From positions 540,039 to 604,038 of the forward strand of contig JAAOMT010000760.1 of NCBI GenBank assembly GCA_016748015.1: a stretch of 64,000 nt of DNA, read 5' to 3'. Every line of letters begins with the position of its first letter. Within the stretch, counting starts at the first letter, position 1. The position numbers were made by a program, and so were the translations under genes. The notes under the pieces were generated by a model, which was given only the letters and a program-made list of their open reading frames with translations, made no database searches and was not told the origin of the DNA. This DNA comes from Geosiphon pyriformis uo1 (taxonomy: Eukaryota > Fungi > Glomeromycota). This document shows positions 40,610 through 50,676 of this stretch, one piece after another.

Positions 40610-40975
40610 ATATTTTATGTCCTGTCTTTTCTTTTTAATAGAAGCAACATCAACAATTATACCTTTCTTACTTTATTTTTGCTGATGTTGCAGACAAGAC
40701 CCTACTAGAACAATCATGTCACAGCTTGGTTCAAGAGATGTGTTTTTCTTTTTTTACTTTTTATTGTTTGAAGATCAAAACTTATACTTATTATTTTGGT
40801 ATTTAGACTGTGATTGCTCACTAATACTAATTCTTTCACCATTGTCTCAACAACACAAAAATCATCATAATAGACACATAAAATTACTCATTGTTCAATT
40901 TCACAGCCAACAATTTGGTTAAAAATATTATTACAATCAATACAGACTTTAATTATTAACAGCAAAAAAGAACAA
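40610..40975 (+). pseudogene. tnpA: IS607 serine recombinase TnpA relic (copy D)
   Basis: tatgtcctgtcttttct (YARVSS relic), KQ..QQLYLSYFIFADVA..KTLLEQSCHSLVQE, intron 40738-40806, TVIAH*Y* (HRDR), NNLVKNIITINTDFNY*QQKR (DLVEDIIAINTVFNCRQQGR). Confidence 0.75.
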
Positions 40976-41040
40976 AAAGTTCAATATTAAAGTGAGTTTT
41001 TTTTTTAATTCTGAAAAAGTAAAAGATAGAAAGAATAATA

Positions 41041-42641
41041 AGAAGTTTGAAGATACATGTGAATTTAAATGTGAACAAAAAACAATAATAAAGCAATAGT
41101 TGAATTGTGCCAGATAAGAAAAGATAAAAGTTTTAAATATGTTATATATATTGAAAATATTAACTTATGTTATTTTTGTTATTATAGAATTGTATATAAC
41201 ATAGTAGTAAAAAATTATGTTTTGAACAAGAAAAATAAAGGATTATAAACATCTTGATCTTAAATATTTTCAGAATTTACAAAAAAAATACATTACAATA
41301 ATGCAATCTTATATAAAAATAAAATCATAAAAGATACTATTCAAGTCTAAAAAGCTTGAACAAACTGTTTAATATTGTTTTTGGTTTTACTTATGAAAAC
41401 AATTATGGCAAACAATTACAATTTAAAAAGAAAACTGCAAAAATAATTTGCTATTTTTTAAACATAAACTTTATTTGCGGAAGCAATTGTTTAATAATCA
41501 ATTTAATCTTAAACTAAAAACTAAAGAAATGGCAAAATAAATAGCAAAATAACCATTAGTTTAGTTAATAACCACAAAAATTCAAAGAGTAACTTAATTC
41601 TTAATGTTAAAACTCTAAACAAAAAAAAATCACAGACAAAAAAAATGAAAAAAATAACAAATTAATCAAAAGTCTGGTTATTAACAACTATTACAATTAT
41701 TATAGTTTTAAAAACAAAAGCAAAAAAATTCAAAACCATTATTTTAAGAACAAAAAAATTATTCGCAATAAAAAAATGTTAATACACATTCTCCACTTTA
41801 TCTTAAATATCAAAAAATAATAATAACTAGTTTAATAAAAAAGAAGACACATTGTGACAACAAACTAGTATATAACTGGTTGCTTCAGTAGTGGATATTT
41901 ATACAAGTTTATAAAAAAAAAGGCTATCTCCCAATAATAATAATAAGAATCAAATGAAAATTTGCTTTCTAGATCTAAGTGTTTGTATCTTTCAAATCTG
42001 TAAGTTAATAACAGAAGTAAGATGTCAAAAACAAAATGTTAAAAATAAAACATTATGGTTAATTTATAATCTGTTTTTCTATTAATTAACAGGTATTTTC
42101 TAACACATAACTGTGGTGAAATTAGTGGCAATGATGTTCAAAAGCTTGTTCACATCTGACTTGCACCCAATTATCTAATCTCTTTTATAACCCAGGCTTC
42201 TGTGAAAAAGCATAACTTGATGCAATGTACATAGGCACGAATGTGCCAATGAATTTACAACCCTGTAAATGAAGTCCATAAGAAGACTACTCTATGGCTT
42301 GTGCAAACATTTGACATTATCATCATCCCACTCTTTAATGCAAGCGAGATAAGAAGAAAGACCCAAAAACGGAAAATTAATTTCAAGACAGTTCAAAAGA
42401 TAATGACATGAACACACTCAAGATTCAGGAAGAGGCTTTTATCAAAGGCCAAGAAATATGGAAAACAAGTGTGCACAGTCTCAAAAATGTACAAGCAAGA
42501 CATGCAGTCAATGTGGGTGCATCAATAACAAACTTGGAGGGAAGAAGTCTTTTCATTGCCATAAGTGCAACTTGAAATATTAACAGTGCATGCAGTATTT
42601 TTCTTCGAGCTCTATTGAATGGCTGCATAAAATTTGAATAG
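41041..42641 (+). pseudogene. Fanzor2 (eukaryotic TnpB) RNA-guided nuclease pseudogene with at least 2 introns
   Basis: RSLKIH..KQ*LNCAR|intron 41114-41187|IVYN; CDNKLVY; KICFLDLSVCIFQI (ICSLDPGVRTFQT, Asp at 41972)|intron about 42000-42092|YFLTHNCGEI; NEVHKKTTLWLVQTFDIIIIPLF; T*THSRFRKRLLSKA; VSKMY.SKTCSQCG..LGGKKSFHCHKC; INSACSIFLRALLNG; stop at 42639-42641. Confidence 0.93.
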
Positions 42642-42799
42642 TGGCTGAGTGAGACTCTGAATTCTGTTGTCTGTGAATGGTAGCATTTTTTTTTAAAAAA
42701 AAAGGAGACGAGATTTATTATAAAAAAAATATACAGCTGGAGCTGATAATAATGATAACAATGATGACGATAGCGAGAACTTAAAACATACAGCTGGAT

Positions 42800-42915
42800 G
42801 AGTGCCTGAAGGATTTCCTTCGGGCTTTGCTGGATGGATCTGTCCTTTGGGGCAGTTGAATGATAGGTTATGTTGGCTAGTAATAGTCAATGTTGTCCAT
42901 CCGAGGTATTCAGTT
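42800..42915 (+). ncRNA. Fanzor2 3'-end fragment E, putative omega-RNA scaffold
   Basis: Starts with SA*RI(F)LRALLDG (GARGIFLRALLDG). GGATGGA 42832-38 pairs with TCCATCC 42896-902 and encloses the hairpins CTGTCC/GGGCAG and ATGTTGGCTA-GTAA-TAGTCAATGT. Confidence 0.7.
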
Positions 42916-43368
42916 AGGCCTAAAACAAGTAGTTTAGCATCTTTAATTATTTTTTGGCAAACATTACTTGAAATTTGCAAACAGAGGAAATAATTCGCCT
43001 CGCGGTGCTTTTTTTATTACAATTAAGAAAATTATCTTTACTAATATTCCTTGTAATTCCATTATATCTTGGTTCTCAGAACAGAGTAAGTCTACCAGCG
43101 ATATGATTACTAATTCTTGACATGAGCGCAATCGCTAGTCAAGATGTCGTTTCATAAAATGTTACCCAAAAATGGCTTAGTTTACCTTTCTTGATGAATA
43201 ATAATGATCTATTCGATGAGATCCATCGATCACTCCCATTTTTCAACATGATCCGGAATTTCTCAAATTTTTATGAAAATTAACCCTATCCAAAATTTTT
43301 GAAGCATTCTGCCATATCATTCAAAGGTTACGTTTAAGATTTATCTCTCTGCACCTTTTTCAACTATA

Positions 43369-44889
43369 ATGACATTACGGCAAAAAAGGCTCTTTCAATC
43401 ATCCTCGCCGAGACATACTGAGCGATCCTCCTCAAAAAGACTCTTCGATAAGGTCAAGATTTGCTTCATCCCCTTACTAGTATATTCATTGTACTTTGCC
43501 CTTTTTTTTAAGTTTTGGAATGATATTACCGAAGCTTTTCCCAAGTCAAAAATCTATCTTTGGTCACGAGATAAGCTGTCTCATAGAAGGCAGAAGGGTC
43601 TGCCATCTTTGGGGATAAATGATTCATACATTCAGAATTCTCCGTGTATGCCTAGTGTAGGAAAGATAGGACCCAAACAAAATAACTGTTATTTGAAAAC
43701 GCTCAAACTTCAAACTATATTCATGAAGAAGCGATCCGATAATATCTTGCTTACAATGGATCAAATTGAGGGACTAGAATTACCCGACTTGCCGATACAT
43801 CGTGTTTACAATAATTGGACGTTAAAACTTCTAGAGAGAATGGCAAGATTCGCTAATTTAGCGTATTGCTCGACAAACAACAATGTTGGTTATATGATTT
43901 CCGGTGCTATAGGTAAAATCAATCGATATACAGCCTTGAAAATATGCATCAACCTCGCAATCGTCTCATTCTTTTTCTGAAGCCCATATTTTCAAGGATT
44001 TCGAGTCAAACGAAATTGTTGCATATTTTGGAGGACCTCATCTTTCACTAAAAGAGTGGCAGGAGAGAAAAAATGAAAGGACTGATTATTTAGCGAAATA
44101 TAAGTGGCCTTTAAAAGTTTCTTTAGAGGCAGCTTGGTTGGCTGATATTGAGCAAATAATGCCGGCTCTTTTTGATAAATTAAGAGATCTTTTGAATCAA
44201 TTAAAGGTTCAACCAGAAGATATGCCACATTTAAGATTTACAGGACACGGGATTGGGGGTGGTAAGCTGTTCGTTTGATGGTGATTAGATGTATAGTGGT
44301 ATTTAAAATTAATTGCTAATTAGTTCAATTTGGCAGTATACGCAGTGCTTGCAAGCCTCCTGTTACGATTTGAAATTCCCCAGTTAATACCTTCCAAGTC
44401 AGGTTGGCCATTCGTCTATTTGAGAACTGTCACATTTGGGCAACCACGTATAGGCGATACCAATTTTGCTCTGTTAGTGAATTCACTTTTAGGAGAAAGT
44501 GTTTATCGTGTCACTCACACCAAAGATTTTGTTTCGCATTATCCCCGAATTGAACAAGGATATAAACACCATGAAAGCGAATATTGGATTTCTTATTCAA
44601 CGTGCGATTGTGCACCCGCAAAATCCAATACACAGTTTGTTAATGATGATACGGATAATTTTATGCCTCCTCTTTACCATTGCTTTGGTTATAATAATAA
44701 AGACAATCCAAGACATGTTTTGACCGGTGAAAACCAGGTAAATTTCTAAAGTTTTCATGTAATTTGATTGCACAAAATTCATATAATTCCTACTTATCGA
44801 TTTCGCAGAAATGCAATGCTGGTCAAAATGATTTTTATGAATCAGCTCACTTTGGACCTTATTTTGGTACTCAAATGGGCCAATGTTAA
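43369..44889 (+). CDS. Lipase class 3-fold protein with N-terminal TM anchor and no nucleophile Ser (GHGIGG), 4 exons (43369-43912, 43983-44261, 44337-44737, 44809-44889)
   Basis: The spliced frame is intact: MARFANLAYC, FTGHGIGG|VYA, VTFGQPRIG, RVTHTKDFV, HHESEYWI, AHFGPYFGTQMGQC*. Confidence 0.9.
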
Positions 44890-46752
44890 AGATGTTCTTT
44901 CAATTGTTCTTTAAAACTTCTAAAGGTCATTACGTACTGATAATAAGAATTCTGCGACACATCACTAATAAATTACATTGGTGCTACAATAAGTTGAAGG
45001 GTTTACAGTTACTAATGCACGTGATAATTAGTGCGACAATTAAAATGAACCAAATTCAACAAATACAAATTTAAAAATTATAAATTAATTCAATTTTTTT
45101 TACAATCTTTCTGTCCAATATATATAAATAAAGCATCTAAATAATATTACTATGATTTTATCATGGTTGCAACACTTATCTGATAATATTTTTTCAATTA
45201 ATATTTTTAAAAAAATAAAACTTATTAACTGAAAATTTGGTTATATTATTATCTTTATTATAAACAATATGTTGTTTAAAAATTGATAAGTTTGCATTAT
45301 TTATTTGGTTAAGTTATAATATTATAACTAAGCTCTAATTATATATAAATATAATATTAAATATAATATTATTAAATTTTTAATTATATTTTTTATAAAT
45401 ATTTTGCCACACCCATTTTGATAAATGTATTATTTGCAAATATTTTTGTACGCATATTTTGTTAAAAATATTGTTATATTATGAATATTTGGTTATACAT
45501 TTCATATTTTAATAATTTTATATTTATGTTCATTTTATATTTAATTAACAAAAAATGAAATTAGTTTTTGATTCAATTTAATTAATTAATTTGAAATTGA
45601 TTAACCAAAGAATTTTATTAAAATTACTTCATAATTTTAGAGTTGATTAGCTACCAATTTTTATTAAAATTAATAAATAATTAAAAAAAATTCGAGTCCA
45701 AAAAAGTTGCAATTACTTTATCCTTAATTTATTAAAAACCCTTTTTAACTGATTCTTCAACTTGCAATAATTTGATATATATAAAAGTCTTTTTCCACAA
45801 AAATTTTGAATGCTTAAAATATTTTGTTCAGGCAAGAAATATAATTTTTATTTTGCAATTTTTGCAAATCTTTCAAACTGAGAAAATTTTGGATGTAATT
45901 TAAGTTTTTTAAGGTGAGATTTTACGCCACGCAGACAAAGTGTGTGTAATTCATGATTAAACTTTGTAAAACGAGGTTTATGTGAGTAGCAGATTCTCAA
46001 GGAAGATAATTTCGAATTAAATAATAAAGCTATATAAAATTATGATATAAAAACTTTGAGACCAAAATCTTTTGTGGTAGTATAAACTTTTCTAAAGAAC
46101 AGGGTAAATAAAAATGATTTTAAAAGCTTCACAAATAAATATTATAGTTTGAGAAAATCAATAGATCCTGTTATTAATTATCGAAAATTTAACCTTTCCC
46201 ATCTTTCTATGCACGAGTAAATAAAGCTTTACGGCGCCCAGACCTACCTTGAAATAATCGGAAATGATAATTGGATGAATGGAAATGAAAATCACCTGCA
46301 AGGGGTTAGCGTGTTTAACAAAGGAGAAAATGAAAAATTTCCTAATCAATAAATTTTCTATTTTTAATTCTAAAATTTTTATAATAGCTCAAATGTATTT
46401 ATTCCTTGAACAGGATTTTAGGTTTTCCAATTAATTTAATATATTGTTCACCCAATTGAGATTGATATGACCGAACAAACTCGTCAAGGGAGACTCGCGC
46501 ATACATAAGAAATCGTCATTTTTAAATTAATAATATCATTATTCACACGCATTTCACAATTAAAAAAGTCGGGAAATTAAAAAGATTCACCGAATATTAA
46601 AGCATCTTTATGCAATTAATTAAAAAAAAAACAGAAACTCAATTGTTGACCAAAGTATTTAATTTTTAGGAATCTTTTAAAACCCTACTCACTCTGCCAT
46701 TCAAAGCTCTCCTTTTATTTTTTTACCTCTATAACTTTTAAATTTTTTATTA

Positions 46753-48167
46753 ATGGACAACTCGAACTCGCATTCAAGTCATTTAGAAAGTAATCCATCA
46801 ACTTCGATGATTGATGCCTTAGAGATAGCGCGTGAGGAAAATTGTTTTGATACATTTGTTTTTGTGGATGGGCGTCGTTATATCGTTGCTGATAATTCGA
46901 TTAAGACATACTTGGTTTGTATTGAGAGTTGGGAGATTTATATTAGAGATATCAAAATTAATTCAAAACATTGTTATCACACAAAGCCTAACGATAACAT
47001 TGAAGCGGCTCGAGCAAATCATTATCATTATTTGCATAAATTTATTTGGCGAGGGCTTTATAGTTCACCAGTCAAGAAGAGATTGATGTTGGATAATGCA
47101 AAGACGTTGGATATTGGGTATTTATATGCTTTTTGAATAATAACTATTTAAACATTCTATATGAAATATTAAAGAGGCTTTCTAAATTTAAAGATGTGGG
47201 ATTGGTATGTGGACGCTAGTAAGTACCAGAAATTGTTTAACAACTGTTAATGGTCTTTTATTTTCAAAAGCTCTGTTTAAAAGTTAATCATTAGCTTAGT
47301 TTATAATGATCCTATAAATTTGGCAAAAAATAGGATATGGCAATAGAATACCCACTTTCAACATTCATAGGCATTGATGTTGCTCCAATATTTCCTAAAG
47401 ACGGCATGAAACCCCCGAATGCCGGTTATATCGAGACAAACCTAGTAAATGGCATCGCATTTCCAGATGCGACATTCGATTTCGTTCATCAACGATACTT
47501 GCTCACTGAAATACCAAAAAAACAATATAGTTAAATTGTGTTAAAAGAAGTGGCGCGCGTGACAAAACCTGGTGGATGGGTTGAGGTTGAAGAAATGAAT
47601 TGTATTAATAACCATGGACCAGTTGGTATTGAGATAGCTGAGATAAGTGCGTGTAATCAAAATTCACACTGGTTTAAGGTTTTCTGATTATGGGTCATCT
47701 GATTTTAAATTTTTTTTTCTGTGAAAAAGTGCGCTCATATCTTGAGTCATTAGGAATAACTGTTAATTCAGACCCAGCTTTCCCAGAATGGTTGAAGAAT
47801 GCAGGTCTTGTGAATATACAATCATCACATATAAAAATGCCACTGGGTATTTGGGGAGGAACAATTGGTAAAATGGTAAGCTCCCCCCTAAACATTAATC
47901 AGAGGATTTTATTTTATAAAAATCTTTCGCTACTTTATTTCATTTTCAATTTTGCAATCTAATTCTATGATATTTCTTAAGATGATCGACAACTTCGTTG
48001 TAGTCTTTAAGGGATTAAAAGTTATCCTGATGCCAAGATTGGGTATAAGTGAATCCGAATTTGATGAGAAAATAGAAATTTATCAAAAAGAAGTTAATGA
48101 ATACCGAACTGAGGTTTCCGTATTTCGTTATTGAGCTCAGAAACCTGAGCCTAAATTCTTACATTAA
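46753..48167 (+). pseudogene. SAM-dependent methyltransferase (LaeA/Methyltransf_25-like) pseudogene
   Basis: YL|PND.E..R, LDIG|CGIGMW, FIGIDVAP, FDFVHQR and RVTKPGGWVE. In-frame stops at 47532 (TAA) and 48132 (TGA, in Y*AQKP). Confidence 0.85.
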
Positions 48168-49422
48168 AAAAATGGTATTAATTTTTGGAAATTCTGATTC
48201 TTTCAAACTGTATGGAAAGCAATAGATGGTTTCGTGGGAGATTAAAATCACATTTCAAACTATAACTCATATTCCATAAGTCAACATGAAGGGTCAAAGT
48301 TGTTTAGAGTTTATAACACAAAAGTTGCCATATTGAAAATGATGTATTTGATATTTGATGACACCATAATGAGCAATCATTTTTTATATAAGGGTGTTAA
48401 GAAGTATTTTTCCGACATTTGGCTCACATGACCACAAACATGTATCTCCCTATTTTTGATTTAGAATAACCAACCTATTGCTAGTGAGGAAAACTTTTTC
48501 ATACATTTTATTAATAATATAAATTAACATTTTCCCCTAATTATGAGTCAGTTTAATCGCATTTACGAGCGGTTAAATATGTTAGAAAAAAACTCGACTC
48601 GGCTTTTTTCTAGAAAAAATTCTCTTATGATAAATATGTAAAAAGAATTTTACCGATTTGTCACAAATTACGCCTGGATTTTTACAATGTAATTAATCAG
48701 CTGAATTTATTCCCGAATTCGATTTCTAATATGTTATGTCGGATATTCAACTTCCTTATAAACCTTTTTATAAAATTTGCCTTTAGTTTACTTTTCAGTA
48801 ATATGTTTTTCAATTTTACCAATAAGAGTTGATCTCATAAATTTACAGGGAAGATTGTTATTTCACAAAATAGAATTATTACATGTATAATTAATATCTA
48901 TTTCCTGATTTAAAAATACCTTTCATTCGAAGAGAAATCAAATCAATATAAGTCTAATACTGATATATATAAACACATTTTGAGACAGAATCATGACTTT
49001 TAGTTGGATTATTGAGTTAATCAAAAAGAAGAAGCAAACATTTTTATGTATCTAAGCAATTTTATTGTCTCCTAACCACTTGATGGGTCATTATTGGAAT
49101 CTGTAGGTTTAACTTTTTTTATGGTCAAAAACTTTGTTTGAAAATTGCCTTAGTTTGGCTTTTTGAGCTAAAGGTGCTAAAAAACATTTACTAGCTCTTC
49201 AGATTTAAAGTCATCAAATTTTTAGATGGCGAATCACCAAAGACTTTTAATTTGATATGGCTAAATTCATTTTGAGAAATTAAGATAACTATTTTCCTAG
49301 AAACTCTCTTTTATAATCATATAGCGAGTATAAGAAAATTATTTATTGGTCGCATTTAAGCCAAAAGTTAATTTTTATTAATGCTTCTTAAAAATGCTTT
49401 TAGAACAAAACAATTTATTTTC

Positions 49423-50676
49423 TTATTTTAGATTATGAGCTTTCCAAGCAGCCCACCAAGTATCAATTCCATCGACGAATCCAAGATGACGCTGGTTCCA
49501 TCCCAACAAGGTTTGTGCTTTTTTGTTACTTGTTATCGTTTGAGTTGCAAGCCCTTCTTCCATAGGATTATTAGGGTTAGGTGAAGTAAAGGATATCACA
49601 TTTTGGGGGTTTTCTGATCGAGTAATTTAGTGTTCATTACATTTTTTTGAATCACTGTTAGGATGGAAAAGCGAACGATTAAGTAATTTTATTTACCTTT
49701 ATATCCAGTAACCCTGGCCACAGCCTCAAGACAATCACTAACTGATTCAGATTGGTTATTGGTAATATTAAATATATGACCTTTAACCAAATCTGCATTT
49801 TTAACAACTCGAAGATAGGCGTCAGCTTCAAAAAACCACATTAATATTAACACTATGATTTTTGGATAATCGAGAAAAACATATCCATTTATTTTATTAC
49901 CTATATCATCAACGTGGACAAGACTCCACCTGAGATTCGGAACACCAGGATGTGAAAGTATTCCAGCCAATGCACCACCAAACCAAAGTCCAGTTAAGGA
50001 ACCAGATTTCCCATAAATCTCTCCCGGACGAATCACAATTCCATTGAAATCGGAAGATGAAATGACCTTTTGTTCAATGGGAACTCTCCATGATATAAAA
50101 GGTGGTACATTGTTTAGTGGAGTATTTTCCGTCACAATTTCTGAACCATTGTCTCCATGAATCTGTATTTTAGGGAAGCGAAGATGAAAATAAGCTTTTA
50201 TGAAAAAAGAGTTTTTGTGATAAAAGAATTAATTTCAAATATGAAATATTGAATTATTACCCAAAGACCGGAAGTATAAATATAAGTCAACTTTTTTTGA
50301 TTATTGACTGCACGTCTTTTTGAAATGGTTTCAATTGTAGCGATAATATGTTCGGCATGTACAGTTCCGTTTTCATAGTTCACTGTAGTGTCAATTACTA
50401 CGTCAACCTTTTCAGCGATTGTGGACCATTTATTAACGTCTTTTACATCTCCAAGCACGGGAATGACTGTAAAAACAGGGTTGACGATAAATTTATTGAA
50501 AAAATAGACCAAAATATTAATATATCTAATTCGGTTTTACTCTCGTCTTTTGTCAATATCTTGGCTTTTTCCTCGCTTCGCGATAATCCATAAACTTGAT
50601 ATCCAGCTCGAGCCAATTCTACTGCAATTTCCTTTCCAAGATATCCCGTAGAACCTAGAATTAATACTTTTACCAT
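49423..50676 (-). CDS. NAD-dependent epimerase/dehydratase (extended SDR), multi-exon
   Basis: MVKVLILGSTGYLG Rossmann motif, YIYTSGLW, IRPGEIYG, WSLVHVDD and LLGWNQRHLGFVDGIDTWWAAWKA. Confidence 0.9.

Larger units (their letters stand above)
40470..42690 (+). mobile_element. IS607-like element relic D: near full-length, intron-containing TnpA plus Fanzor2
   Basis: A TnpA relic is followed by a Fanzor2 relic with the N-terminal motif, RuvC-I, RuvC-II region, zinc finger and RuvC-III in order. The left boundary is approximate. Confidence 0.9.
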
